Assembly (NCBI GenBank): GCA_043827405.1
Contig: JBDRPD010000083.1
Coordinates: forward strand, 141,166-205,165
Direction: 5' to 3'
Length of the DNA: 64,000 nucleotides
DNA from: Elusimicrobiota bacterium
GTDB lineage: Bacteria > Elusimicrobiota > Elusimicrobia > UBA1565
Made by a program: the position numbers and the translations under genes. Each line of letters starts with the position of its first letter. Within the stretch, counting starts at the first letter, position 1. Below, in pieces: positions 35,640-44,855 of this stretch. The notes beneath the pieces are model-generated. The model searched no databases and was not told the origin of the DNA. It saw only the letters and a list, made by a program, of their open reading frames with translations.

Positions 35640-38091
35640 GGATGAAGTTTTTGTCCCGGAGCGCTTCCAGCACCGGGCCCAGCAGGATGGGATTGGGCGC
35701 ATACCGCGGTTCGGCGCCTTCCTCGCGGCGGCACGACAAAATCCGCCGGTGCGTCAGGTAGTCCAGCAAGGTCCGGCTCTCGGTGAGGGGCGAGCGCAGC
35801 AGCTGTGAGAGGAGCGGTGCGGTGAGGTGGTCGTGCTCGAGCGTGTAGAGCATCCCGAACAGCTCGCTCAGGGTGAGGTCGCCCAGAATTTCCTTACGGA
35901 AGGGCGAGAGCGGCGCGACGTGGACTTTCCGCCGGCCCTCGCTCTGGGTTGAGCGCAGCCAATAGTACAGAGCGGCGTGCAGGTTGCGTCCGGCGGCGGC
36001 ATGCAGAGTATCGAAGAACTCCTCGCACAGGATCGCCTGGCGCTTCTCCCGGTCTTTAGCCTGGCGCAGCTTCCACCGGATATCGGCCGACAGGCTGGGG
36101 CCCTCAGTGAACTCTAGATCGTAGCCGCTGACCTCGTGACGAGCCATGAGCGCGGATTCGAGTTCCGTCCGGTCGAGGCCTCGGAGCATGATGCACGAGT
36201 CGAAGCGTTTAAAGATATCAAAGGTCCGGTCCAGGTAATCCCATCCGGCCTGTGAAAAAGTGATGATCCAACACGCCTTTCCCTCGGTGTTGGAGAGCAG
36301 TGAGAAAAGGGAGCGTACAGCGTCGAAGCCGCCGACGCGCCGGAGGTGGAGCATGCTTCCGCCCTCGATGACGAACACCGGCCTGTCGGGCAAGGCGCGA
36401 ATCGCGGAGACGAGGTTCGGGAGGGCATTCTCCCGGACCGGGGTGCTCCATCCGATGGATGTCGAGATGAGCTCGACAAAATCGGACTCGGAGCTTAGAT
36501 GTTTTTGGAGCTGTATCCACGCCGGCTTTTGGTCGGGGAAGTGTCTTTGCAGTGCGCAGCGGGTGAAGCTGGTCTTGCCCAGCCCCACCGGGCCGATGAC
36601 GGCGACGGCCGCCGACAGGCCGGAGTTGAACCGCTGGCGGATGGCCCGCATGGCGGGCATGAATTTCTCGCATCCGGTCAGGAAATCCTCGTCGGTTAGG
36701 GGCTCGAAGCGGAACAGGCGGCGGTAGAGGAGCGGGGTATTCTTGAGCGCGAACTCAATGGTCGCCTCCTCCAGAGTCGCTTGGGAGAGTTCGATCTGCG
36801 GCTTCTTGATGCCCAGGGCGGTTTGCAGGCCGGCAAAGGCTTCCCGCCCGCGGGCACGCAAGGCCTCTGTCCAGGAACGGGTGGAGTGGAGTTTGCGTTG
36901 GCCCCGTTCTTCGAACAGACGCCAGGTCGACAGAAGCGATGCGGTCGCGACCGCCACCCGTTCGCCGAACGTATCGGCGACGTCACAATCGCGACGAAGC
37001 TGCTTGCCTGCCCGCTCGACCGCCGTCGACACGGCGGCGGCGAAAGCCGTGGTGAGAGTTTCTATTTCTTCGGGCAGCTTCTCGATGCGGGCTCCGGTGC
37101 GGTCGATCCCGTCGAGCGCGAGCTGGAGGGCTTCGCCCGGCGGTTCCGCGGCGGTTCCCTCGTCGCCGTCAAGCAACGCTCCCGCGGAGTGCAGATTAAA
37201 TCTGGCGATCTTGGCGCTCTCCCGCATCTGGGTGGAGGACTCCGCATAATCCCGGTCCAGCGTTTCAGCGGGTGGGCGAAGATCATCGATCATGTCCTCC
37301 AGCAGGATGCGGACCACGATGGAGCGCAGCGGAATGCGGCGCACTCTTCCCTGGGCTCTGGCTTTGCCGGTCAAGCTGGTCAGAAACAGCGTCAACCGGC
37401 GCTGCAGCTTGAACGCACGCACGAACAGGGTGTCTCCCGGTTCGGCGCCGAGCTGTTCCTTTGTCTGACGAACCCGGTATTCGAGAGGAACGCTTTGCGC
37501 AAGCTTGAGGAGCTCTGCGCGCAGGTGTCGAACCGCGGATAGGCCCAAAGGCGCCGCAGCGGCGGTGTGGCGATGTTCGGATGCCGCGCTGAGTAGGAGG
37601 TGCCCTATCATGCGGGCTTCGCTTTCCAGGAGTTCAATTTGGGCGGATGATTCCTTATCCCGGAAGGCCTTTTTTAACCGGTCGGCGGAAAGCCGGCACT
37701 CTTCGAGAATCGAGCGGGAGACCTGCTGCGCCCGCGCACCCGCTTGTTCCGTCGCTTTAGCTGAGACGGCGGCGGCGGCTCGGGCGAGGTCATCAAGGAC
37801 CAAAGAGACGCTTTCTTCGAGGTGCTGGGATTGGTCGTCAGCGTCGGCGCCGGGTATCTCGGGGGGGAAGGCTGTGACCCAGAACTGGCGCAGTTGGTTC
37901 CAGAGGGCCCGCCGCACGACCAGGGCGAGGCGGGTCACACGGTCGAGCAACCAATAGGCGAGAAGCGCTCCTACCGCGAGCGCCGCGAGCTTGGCGCCAT
38001 ACGCATAGTCTCCCAGTACGGGTAGGGGTTGGTCGAGCCAAGCCAGCAGCGCGTGCCAGGAAAGATGCAGCGGTCGCAGATGCGTCATCAC
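35632..38091 (-). CDS. Large (819 aa) protein: N-terminal TM helix, long helical region, C-terminal P-loop AAA+/STAND-like ATPase
   Basis: TM LAALAVGALLAYWLL. Walker A VIGPVGLGKTS. Walker-B-like RPVFVIEGG. Sensor-1-like CWIITFSQ. Stop overlaps the MscS ATG by 8 nt. Confidence 0.7.
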   Translation of the reverse strand: MMTHLRPLHLSWHALLAWLDQPLPVLGDYAYGAKLAALAVGALLAYWLLDRVTRLALVVRRALWNQLRQFWVTAFPPEIPGADADDQSQHLEESVSLVLDDLARAAAAVSAKATEQAGARAQQVSRSILEECRLSADRLKKAFRDKESSAQIELLESEARMIGHLLLSAASEHRHTAAAAPLGLSAVRHLRAELLKLAQSVPLEYRVRQTKEQLGAEPGDTLFVRAFKLQRRLTLFLTSLTGKARAQGRVRRIPLRSIVVRILLEDMIDDLRPPAETLDRDYAESSTQMRESAKIARFNLHSAGALLDGDEGTAAEPPGEALQLALDGIDRTGARIEKLPEEIETLTTAFAAAVSTAVERAGKQLRRDCDVADTFGERVAVATASLLSTWRLFEERGQRKLHSTRSWTEALRARGREAFAGLQTALGIKKPQIELSQATLEEATIEFALKNTPLLYRRLFRFEPLTDEDFLTGCEKFMPAMRAIRQRFNSGLSAAVAVIGPVGLGKTSFTRCALQRHFPDQKPAWIQLQKHLSSESDFVELISTSIGWSTPVRENALPNLVSAIRALPDRPVFVIEGGSMLHLRRVGGFDAVRSLFSLLSNTEGKACWIITFSQAGWDYLDRTFDIFKRFDSCIMLRGLDRTELESALMARHEVSGYDLEFTEGPSLSADIRWKLRQAKDREKRQAILCEEFFDTLHAAAGRNLHAALYYWLRSTQSEGRRKVHVAPLSPFRKEILGDLTLSELFGMLYTLEHDHLTAPLLSQLLRSPLTESRTLLDYLTHRRILSCRREEGAEPRYAPNPILLGPVLEALRDKNFIHA

Positions 38092-38207
38092 CTGAGGCTA
38101 GCAAAGAAATCGGCACGAAGAACAGAGGACGATTCAAGTATCTTTTCCTCCGTCAGGGATATATACTTTTCGGGAAAAGAGACGCTTATTCCGCTGGATA
38201 ATATGAC

Positions 38208-39737
38208 ATGACCAAGCAGCCATTGGCCGGGCTCCATCGCCCGGTCTCCCCCGACGCTCTGACCTGCGCCGGCTTGGCGACCGGTTTCACGCTGCTGTAT
38301 TTAAGCTTCTTAAGCCGGTATTACGTCTTCGAGGGCTTGGCGCGCGCTATGCCGATCGAGGCCGGCCGGTTCCGGGAGCTCTTCAACGCCAACCATATGC
38401 TCTACGGCACCGTGGGCTGGTGCTTCCACGGCCTGCTCAAGATGCTGGGCGTCGTCCAGCTGTCGGTCCATTCACTGCAGCAGTTGGATGCGCTTCTCGG
38501 CGCCGCGGGCGTCGGGCTGTTTTTTCTGACTTTGCGCCGGCTGGATGCGCCGCGCATCACCGCCGCTTTGTGGGCCGCGGCGCTGGGCTTCTTTCTCGGC
38601 TATTGGCTCTGGAGCATCGATGCCGAAAATTACATCTTTTCCACTTTTCTCCTGCAGCTCAACTTCTTCGCTCTGGTCCGTTATACGCGGCAAAGAAAGG
38701 GGCATCCCGTCCTGCTGGGCGCCCTGCATGCCCTGGCCGTCATGGGACATATCGTCAATGGCGTTTTCGGCGTGGTCGTTTTATGGGTCATCTATCGCAC
38801 CCACCGGCGCAACTGGCTGCGGCCGGCACTCCTCTATGTCGCCGCGGTAGCCGTTCTCACCTTGGGCGCCTATGCCTTGACGCTGGCGGTGATCGTTCGT
38901 CCGCAAACCATGGACGAGGCGAGGCGTTGGTTTATGGGCAGTGCGGGGAGAACCGATGGGGCATGGAATTGGCGCGGCGGCTATGGCTGGACCAAGCTGG
39001 GGCAATGGCTGACGTCGTCGCTCAATGTCATCTGCTCTTTCAAGAGCGGCTATCAGAACCCGCCTCCCTGGCCGCTGGCCGGTCTCTGGCAATGGATCGC
39101 GCGGCTGATGCTCGCCGGTTTCGCCGCCGCCGCTCTATGGAACCGCCGCCGGATATGGCGCGAGAGCGGAACCGAGCTGGGAGCCTGCCTGCTGTGGGTG
39201 GGGGCCTATGCCTGTGTATTCCTCTCCTGGGAACCGCATATGCTGATGTATCACGTCACCAATACGGTCCCGTTCTGCGTCATCCTCTACCTTTCGTCGC
39301 GGGCGATGCGCCTGCCGGCGCCGCGGCAGTACGCGGCCGCCGGCGTCTTTACCCTTTCTTTAGGCTTAGCCAACTTTTCGGCCGAGGTCCTGCCGCGATC
39401 TTATCGGGAGAACAACCCCGCTCTCATGGCTATGGATTTTATCCGGAACCATACCGAGGACCGGGCCTGGATCGCGACCGACCTCGACCTGGATCAGCTC
39501 TATATCCCCTTCTTCGCCCGGCGGCGGCCGCTGCTTCTCGGCCGTTACGGGGGGAGCTCCGGGCATGAGCGGCTCTCAGGCGAACTGGACCGGCTGCTGC
39601 AGGACGGCCAACGGCTCTACCTGACGTCGAATGTGCTCGCTATTGAGGAGTGGCGCCGGTACTTCGGCGGCGCTCAGCTTGAGGTCGCGGCGCGTTATGA
39701 GGACGGTTTTACGCTCTACCGCCTGCGTGGCAGGTAA
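38208..39737 (+). CDS. Polytopic membrane protein, probable GT-C-fold glycosyltransferase
   Basis: About 11 predicted TM helices with a C-terminal soluble domain. No precise family assignable from sequence alone. Confidence 0.6.
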   Translation: MTKQPLAGLHRPVSPDALTCAGLATGFTLLYLSFLSRYYVFEGLARAMPIEAGRFRELFNANHMLYGTVGWCFHGLLKMLGVVQLSVHSLQQLDALLGAAGVGLFFLTLRRLDAPRITAALWAAALGFFLGYWLWSIDAENYIFSTFLLQLNFFALVRYTRQRKGHPVLLGALHALAVMGHIVNGVFGVVVLWVIYRTHRRNWLRPALLYVAAVAVLTLGAYALTLAVIVRPQTMDEARRWFMGSAGRTDGAWNWRGGYGWTKLGQWLTSSLNVICSFKSGYQNPPPWPLAGLWQWIARLMLAGFAAAALWNRRRIWRESGTELGACLLWVGAYACVFLSWEPHMLMYHVTNTVPFCVILYLSSRAMRLPAPRQYAAAGVFTLSLGLANFSAEVLPRSYRENNPALMAMDFIRNHTEDRAWIATDLDLDQLYIPFFARRRPLLLGRYGGSSGHERLSGELDRLLQDGQRLYLTSNVLAIEEWRRYFGGAQLEVAARYEDGFTLYRLRGR

Positions 39738-39762
39738 GGGTATTGACGACTTGATAAATTAA

Positions 39763-39780
39763 TGGTATATTATAATATAC
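39763..39780. promoter_or_regulatory. 18-bp perfect AT-rich palindrome (GGTATATTATAATATACC), candidate operator/promoter of the HTH-NTase module
   Basis: Self-complementary sequence contains TATAAT. Sits in an AT-rich island immediately upstream of the ATG at 39789. Confidence 0.55.
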
Positions 39781-39788
39781 CACAAATT

Positions 39789-40352
39789 ATGCTTGAATTT
39801 AAACAAATAACCAGCCTAAGGAAGAAGAACGAGGTGTCAGAGCGAGGGCTCGCGCGTATAGTCGGCATGAGCCGGATAACGGTCCGAAAATTCGTATCGG
39901 GAGATGGGAATCCCACCCTGCGTACGGTCGAGAAGTTGGCGAAGGGATTCGGGCGCAAGGCGTGCGTCCTCTTGGAGCCGGATGCCGATTGCTGGGCGGA
40001 AATGTCTACGGTAGCCGTTTCGATGCGGACCGCCGCCGGCGAGGATTGGAAGATCGCTTTTTTCGATCTTGTCGACGCCTTGCGCAGTACGCTGGACTAC
40101 CGTCTCGTCCTGCTGCCGCCGGTGCGGAAATTGGCGGACCGTCCGCGGGCGCTGCTGGCGTCCATGGTGTGCGAGCTTTGTCATGAATGCGGATTCACGC
40201 CTCCTTCCTGGGCGGACCGGACATATTTTTTGGACCAGCCATGGTTCGTCGCGGGGATGCGATCGTTAAAGGCTTGCGCAATTCAGGAATCGCCGCTGTG
40301 CTTCCGCCGGAATAATATATTCGTGCTGGCGAATTTCATGCACCGCGTTTAA
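39789..40352 (+). CDS. XRE-family HTH protein with a Cys-rich C-terminal domain (CELCHEC)
   Basis: Cro/C1-type HTH (ERGLARIVGMSRITVRKFVSGDGNPTLRTVEKLAKGFG). About 120-aa C-terminal domain of unknown fold containing a CxxCxxC motif. Confidence 0.65.
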   Translation: MLEFKQITSLRKKNEVSERGLARIVGMSRITVRKFVSGDGNPTLRTVEKLAKGFGRKACVLLEPDADCWAEMSTVAVSMRTAAGEDWKIAFFDLVDALRSTLDYRLVLLPPVRKLADRPRALLASMVCELCHECGFTPPSWADRTYFLDQPWFVAGMRSLKACAIQESPLCFRRNNIFVLANFMHRV

Positions 40353-40353
40353 T

Positions 40354-40881
40354 ATGCTGACGACGAAGGAAATCCGCTCTCTCTTCGCCGAGCTCAATGT
40401 CCGTCTGGCGGAGGCGGGTATGCGCGGGGAGATCGGTATCGTGGGCGGCGCCGCGATGTGCCTTGTCTACAACGCGCGCGAATCGACGCGGGATGTCGAC
40501 GCCGTGTTCGCTCCGGCGGGTGAAATCCGCGCTATGGCGGCCAGGATCGCGCAAGAGAAGGGGATCGGAAAAGACTGGCTCAACGATGCCGTCAAAGGAT
40601 ATATCGAAAAGGGATTCGAGCGCGAGATCGTGCTCCAGCTGTCGCATCTGCATGTCTGGACGCCCGAGCCGCGCTACCTGCTGGCGATGAAGTGCGTCAG
40701 CGCGCGTTTCGACTCGCATGACGGCGACGATATCCGTTTCTTGATCCGGCATCTTGGTTTACGGAAGATCGACCAGGTCTTGTCCGTCATCGAGAAATAC
40801 TATCCGCGGGATCGCGTGCCGGCGAAGACGAGCTTCTTCCTGGAAGAGGTGATTGAGGGATTGAATGACCGAAGCGAATAA
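40354..40881 (+). CDS. Pol-beta-superfamily nucleotidyltransferase-like protein (DUF6036-like minimal NTase)
   Basis: hGG-x13-DVD motif (IGIVGGAAMCLVYNARESTRDVDAVF) typical of minimal nucleotidyltransferases. 175 aa. Starts 2 nt after the HTH gene stop. Its 3' end overlaps the next gene by 17 nt. Confidence 0.65.
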   Translation: MLTTKEIRSLFAELNVRLAEAGMRGEIGIVGGAAMCLVYNARESTRDVDAVFAPAGEIRAMAARIAQEKGIGKDWLNDAVKGYIEKGFEREIVLQLSHLHVWTPEPRYLLAMKCVSARFDSHDGDDIRFLIRHLGLRKIDQVLSVIEKYYPRDRVPAKTSFFLEEVIEGLNDRSE

Positions 40882-42580
40882 ATCCCTTTACGCCGCGGTC
40901 CTCCTGATATTCCTTTCGGGGTTTTGCGCGATCCGGGCTGTGGACCGCCATTCCCTGACCTACGACGCCGTTAAATACCCCGCTTCGGGCTACGACTATC
41001 TGCGCACCCTGCGGCTGCGGACCGATCCCGAGAACCCGCCGGTCGGCAAGGTCCTGACCGCCCTGCCCTTCCTGATTATCGACGCCGACCCTCCCCAGCT
41101 GACCGACGGCTCCGATGAACGGGGCTTCGACACCGGCTGGCGCTTCTTCTTTCGCAACAAGGTTCCCGGCGATGTGCTCGCCTACTACGCCCGTCTGCCC
41201 GCGGTCGCCGCCGGGATGCTGCTGGCGCTGACGCTGTTTCTCTTCGCCCGGCGGCGCTTCAGCGGTTGGGGTTCGCTGGTCGCCTTGGTCTTTCTGCTCG
41301 CCGGGCCGATGTACCGGGCGCTGACGACTTTGGCGACGACCGACATCTTCCTGGCGCTGTTTTTTCTGTCGGCGGTCTATTGGCTCGACAGGGAGCTGGA
41401 GGGCGAGAGGCCCAATCAGCACTACCTAAGCGGAGCGGGGATCTTCGCGGCGGCGGCGGTGCTGACCAAATTCTCGGGCCTGCTGTTTTATCCATTGGCC
41501 GCCGCTGCCGTTCTGCGCCGGCGCCGGCTCATGCTGGGAATCCTGGATCTGATCGTCCTCGGCATGCCGCTGCTGATTCTCAGCACCATGCTCTACGGCT
41601 CCGATTTCGGCCGCTTGTGGGAGGGAGTGCTGTTTCAGAAGACGGTGCTCTCCCGGGGGCCGCACCTGACTTTCTTCTGGGATGTCTTGGAGAAGCGGGC
41701 CTGGCCGCAGTACTATTTGGTCTCGTTTTTCCTCAAGACGCCGTATCCCTTCCTGCTGGCGCTGGCCGCCGGCCTTTTCTTTTGGGTTCGCACCCCGGAA
41801 CGCCGCCAGATCGTCCTGGTGGCGGCGCCGTTTTTGCTCTTTCTGGCGGCGGCGAGCGGCAACCGCTTCTACGCCACGCGCTACCTGTTCCCCGTCTATC
41901 CTCTGCTGGCTTTGACCGCGGCGGCGGCCTGGGACTTCGGCCGCCGGCGCGGCAAGGTCCTGATCCTGATTTTGGCCGCCTGGCAGGTTGGGGAAGCAGC
42001 CTGGGCCTATCCGCATTACCTTTCCTACATGAACCTGCCGTGGCGGGCGCAGGGCCACCGCTACCTGGCCAACTCGGATTTCGACTGGGGCCAGGACTTG
42101 CCGGCGCTGGCTGATTTCCTGACGCTGGAGAGGCGGCCGCCGCTGCAGCTCTGCTACTTCGGCACCTCCGATCCCGAGGCTTGGGGCATCGAGGCGCAGC
42201 AGCTGGCAACGGTCTCCAAGTCCTATGTCTCGGACACGGTGCTGCCGTTGGCGCCGGAGCGGGAGCTCCTGGCGGTAAGCGCCGGCTGCCGGCAGTACAT
42301 GACCGTGCGCGCGGGTGCGGAGACGCTGCGCGCCTGGGCCTGGCTCGATAAGCGGCGGCCGATCAAGGTCGTGGCGGGCACTTTCTTCATCTATGATATC
42401 CGCGACGACGCCGAGGCGCATGGACGTATCGGCCAGCTGCATGCCGCGCAGGGCGACCTCCGCAAAGCCCTGCGCGAGGCCCAGCGGGTTCTCGAGATCG
42501 AACCCGGCAGCGCCGAGGGCAAGGCCTTCCTCTCCTTCGTGCGCGGGCGAATGGGCGGTGAGGCAGGTTTGATACAATGA
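40865..42580 (+). CDS. GT-C glycosyltransferase of the PMT/ArnT type (GT39/GT83-like) with C-terminal TPR motif
   Basis: N-terminal DxD-like loop after TM1. 11-13 TM helices with ArnT/PMT-like topology. C-terminal HGRIGQLHAAQGDLRKALREAQRVLEIEPGS TPR. Confidence 0.7.
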   Translation: MTEANKSLYAAVLLIFLSGFCAIRAVDRHSLTYDAVKYPASGYDYLRTLRLRTDPENPPVGKVLTALPFLIIDADPPQLTDGSDERGFDTGWRFFFRNKVPGDVLAYYARLPAVAAGMLLALTLFLFARRRFSGWGSLVALVFLLAGPMYRALTTLATTDIFLALFFLSAVYWLDRELEGERPNQHYLSGAGIFAAAAVLTKFSGLLFYPLAAAAVLRRRRLMLGILDLIVLGMPLLILSTMLYGSDFGRLWEGVLFQKTVLSRGPHLTFFWDVLEKRAWPQYYLVSFFLKTPYPFLLALAAGLFFWVRTPERRQIVLVAAPFLLFLAAASGNRFYATRYLFPVYPLLALTAAAAWDFGRRRGKVLILILAAWQVGEAAWAYPHYLSYMNLPWRAQGHRYLANSDFDWGQDLPALADFLTLERRPPLQLCYFGTSDPEAWGIEAQQLATVSKSYVSDTVLPLAPERELLAVSAGCRQYMTVRAGAETLRAWAWLDKRRPIKVVAGTFFIYDIRDDAEAHGRIGQLHAAQGDLRKALREAQRVLEIEPGSAEGKAFLSFVRGRMGGEAGLIQ

Positions 42581-44025
42581 GTGTCATGCCGAAGCTGCGA
42601 TTTTTTAATACGCTGACGCGTTCCGTTGAAGATTTCACGCCGGCGCGTGAAGACGGGATCGTCCGCCTCTACACCTGCGGACCGACCGTCTACGACTACC
42701 TGCATGTCGGCAACTACCGGACCTATATTTTTGAAGATGTCCTCAAGCGGACGCTCAAGCTCTTCGGCCTTCCGGTGCGCCACGTCATGAACATTACCGA
42801 CGTCGGACATCTGACCAGCGACGCGGACGAGGGCGAGGACAAGCTCGAGCTCGGCGCCAAGCGCGAAGGCAAGACCGCCTGGGATATCGCCCGCTTCTAT
42901 GAGCAGACCTTTATCGAGGACATTAAGAAGCTCAATATCGACTTCGCTCCCGAGCCGGACCCGGCGCGGGAGGATGCCCCGCGCGCGGCCGATATCCTGT
43001 GCCGCGCCACCGACCATATCAACGAGCAGGCGGCCATGGTCGACCGGCTGGTGCTTAACCGCTTCACCTACGATACCGCGGACGGCATCTACTTCGACAC
43101 CTCCATGCTCCCGGACTACGGCAAGCTGGCGGGGGCGGCGCATATCGCGGGCCTGCAGGAGGGCGCGCGCGTCGCTATGGGAGAGAAGCGCAATTCGACC
43201 GACTTCGCGTTGTGGAAGTTCTCGCCCAAGGGCGAGCAGCGCCAGATGGAGTGGGAGTACCGCGGCCGCAAGGGCTTCCCCGGCTGGCATATCGAATGCT
43301 CGTCGATGGGGCAGACTTATCTGGGGGAGTCCTTCGACATCCACTGCGGCGGGGTCGACCATATCCCGATCCATCACACCAACGAGATCGCCCAGGCCGA
43401 GGCGGCGACTGGCAAGCCCTTTGTCCGCTGCTGGATGCATGCCGAGTTCCTGATAATGAACAAGGCCAAGATGGCCAAGTCGGCCGGCGGCTTTATCAAG
43501 CTCGCCGATCTCGAAGAGAAGCGCATCGACCCGCTCGACTACCGCTACTTCTGCTTCGGCGCCCACTACCGCAAGCAGCTGGAGTTCTCCTGGGAAGGCC
43601 TGCAGGCGGCGCGTACCGCGCGCCGGCGGCTGCGCGACCGGGTGCGGGGCTGGCTCGCCGAGTCCGCGGCGGGCGTGGAGAGCGCGGCGGTGGCCCAGGC
43701 GCGGCGGGACTTCTCCGCGACGCTGGCCGACGATCTGAACGTGCCCGAGGCGCTGGCCTGCGTATACGGCGTGCTCGATAATCTCGGCAGTGCGGGTGAG
43801 CGCATCGCTTTCCTGCGGGAAGCCGAGAAGGTCCTCGCTTTGGGGCTGTTTGCCGCTGCTAAAGAAGAATGCCTGCCGGGCGACGTGCAGCGGGCATTCG
43901 AGGACTACGTCGCCGCCCGCCGTGATAAGAACTTCGCGGTTTCCGACGCCCTGCGCTCCAAGCTTAAGGACTGCGGGATTCAGGTACTGGATTCCAAGGA
44001 TGGTTCCAGCTGGAGGCGTTTATGA
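42577..44025 (+). CDS. cysS: Cysteinyl-tRNA synthetase
   Basis: HIGH motif (YLHVGNYRTY). KMSKS variant (KMAKSAGG). Zinc-binding Cys and His, C-terminal DALR domain. Confidence 0.95.
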   Translation: MSVMPKLRFFNTLTRSVEDFTPAREDGIVRLYTCGPTVYDYLHVGNYRTYIFEDVLKRTLKLFGLPVRHVMNITDVGHLTSDADEGEDKLELGAKREGKTAWDIARFYEQTFIEDIKKLNIDFAPEPDPAREDAPRAADILCRATDHINEQAAMVDRLVLNRFTYDTADGIYFDTSMLPDYGKLAGAAHIAGLQEGARVAMGEKRNSTDFALWKFSPKGEQRQMEWEYRGRKGFPGWHIECSSMGQTYLGESFDIHCGGVDHIPIHHTNEIAQAEAATGKPFVRCWMHAEFLIMNKAKMAKSAGGFIKLADLEEKRIDPLDYRYFCFGAHYRKQLEFSWEGLQAARTARRRLRDRVRGWLAESAAGVESAAVAQARRDFSATLADDLNVPEALACVYGVLDNLGSAGERIAFLREAEKVLALGLFAAAKEECLPGDVQRAFEDYVAARRDKNFAVSDALRSKLKDCGIQVLDSKDGSSWRRL

Positions 44026-44855
44026 GAAAGGAAAAACCTGGACGCCGCCGCTGGGCGGGCGACAAGGGGAGACCGGCGCGGCGGGGCAGGGCGGGCGACT
44101 TCGCGCGTCAGCTCAAGGAGGACGAGCGCTGGGTCTTCGGCCGGCATGTGGTCGAGGAGGTGATCGACTCGCGCCGGTGCCGGGTGCTGAGCCTGTGGGC
44201 GATCGACGGCGACAAGTACGCCGACCTTCTGCGCCGCGTCCGCAAGCGCGGCACCCGGGTCTCCGTCGTGCCGAAGAAGGAGCTCGACCGCATTACCAAC
44301 GGCGGGGCGCATCAGGGGCTGGCGGCCAAGATCGCCGACAAGCCCGGCGCCGCGCTGGAGGATTACCTGGAGGCGCTGTCGCCCGCCGAGAAGGCGAAAG
44401 CCGTCATCGTCGTCCTCGACCAGATACAGGACCCGCACAATTTCGGCGCCATTTCCCGCAGCGCGGTTTGTCTGGGCGCGAGCGCCTTGGTCTATCCGCA
44501 GCGGCGCAGCGCCCCGCTGACCCAGGCGGTGCATGCCGCGTCGGCCGGCGCCATATCCAAAATCAAGACCTTTTCCGTCGTGAACCTCGCCCAGACCTTG
44601 GAGCTGTTCAAGCGGGCGGAATTTTGGATCTACGGCGCGGATGTCGCCGGCCGGCCGCTGGCCGGGACGCGCTTTAACCGGCCGCTGGTGCTGGTGATCG
44701 GCTCCGAGGGCCAGGGCATCCGTCCGTTGGTGCGGCGCTGCTGCGACGAGCTGGTCTCCATCCCGCAGGCCGCGGGCGGCGTGCAGAGCCTCAACGCCTC
44801 CTGTGCGGCGAGCGTACTGCTTTACGAAGCCGCCCGCCAAGGGGCGAAGGGGTAG
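44022..44855 (+). CDS. rlmB: TrmH-family 23S rRNA 2'-O-methyltransferase (RlmB-like)
   Basis: SpoU substrate-binding N-domain and SPOUT methylase motifs (VVLDQIQDPHNFGAISRSA...LVIGSEGQGI...LNASCAASVLLYE). The N-terminal basic extension suggests the real start may be later. Confidence 0.85.
   Translation: MRKEKPGRRRWAGDKGRPARRGRAGDFARQLKEDERWVFGRHVVEEVIDSRRCRVLSLWAIDGDKYADLLRRVRKRGTRVSVVPKKELDRITNGGAHQGLAAKIADKPGAALEDYLEALSPAEKAKAVIVVLDQIQDPHNFGAISRSAVCLGASALVYPQRRSAPLTQAVHAASAGAISKIKTFSVVNLAQTLELFKRAEFWIYGADVAGRPLAGTRFNRPLVLVIGSEGQGIRPLVRRCCDELVSIPQAAGGVQSLNASCAASVLLYEAARQGAKG

Noticed and set aside
41426-43566. Minus-strand ORFs antisense to the GT39 gene and cysS (383 aa and 391 aa)
   Set aside because: cysS and the GT-C gene are unambiguous. 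The antisense frames are GC-driven.
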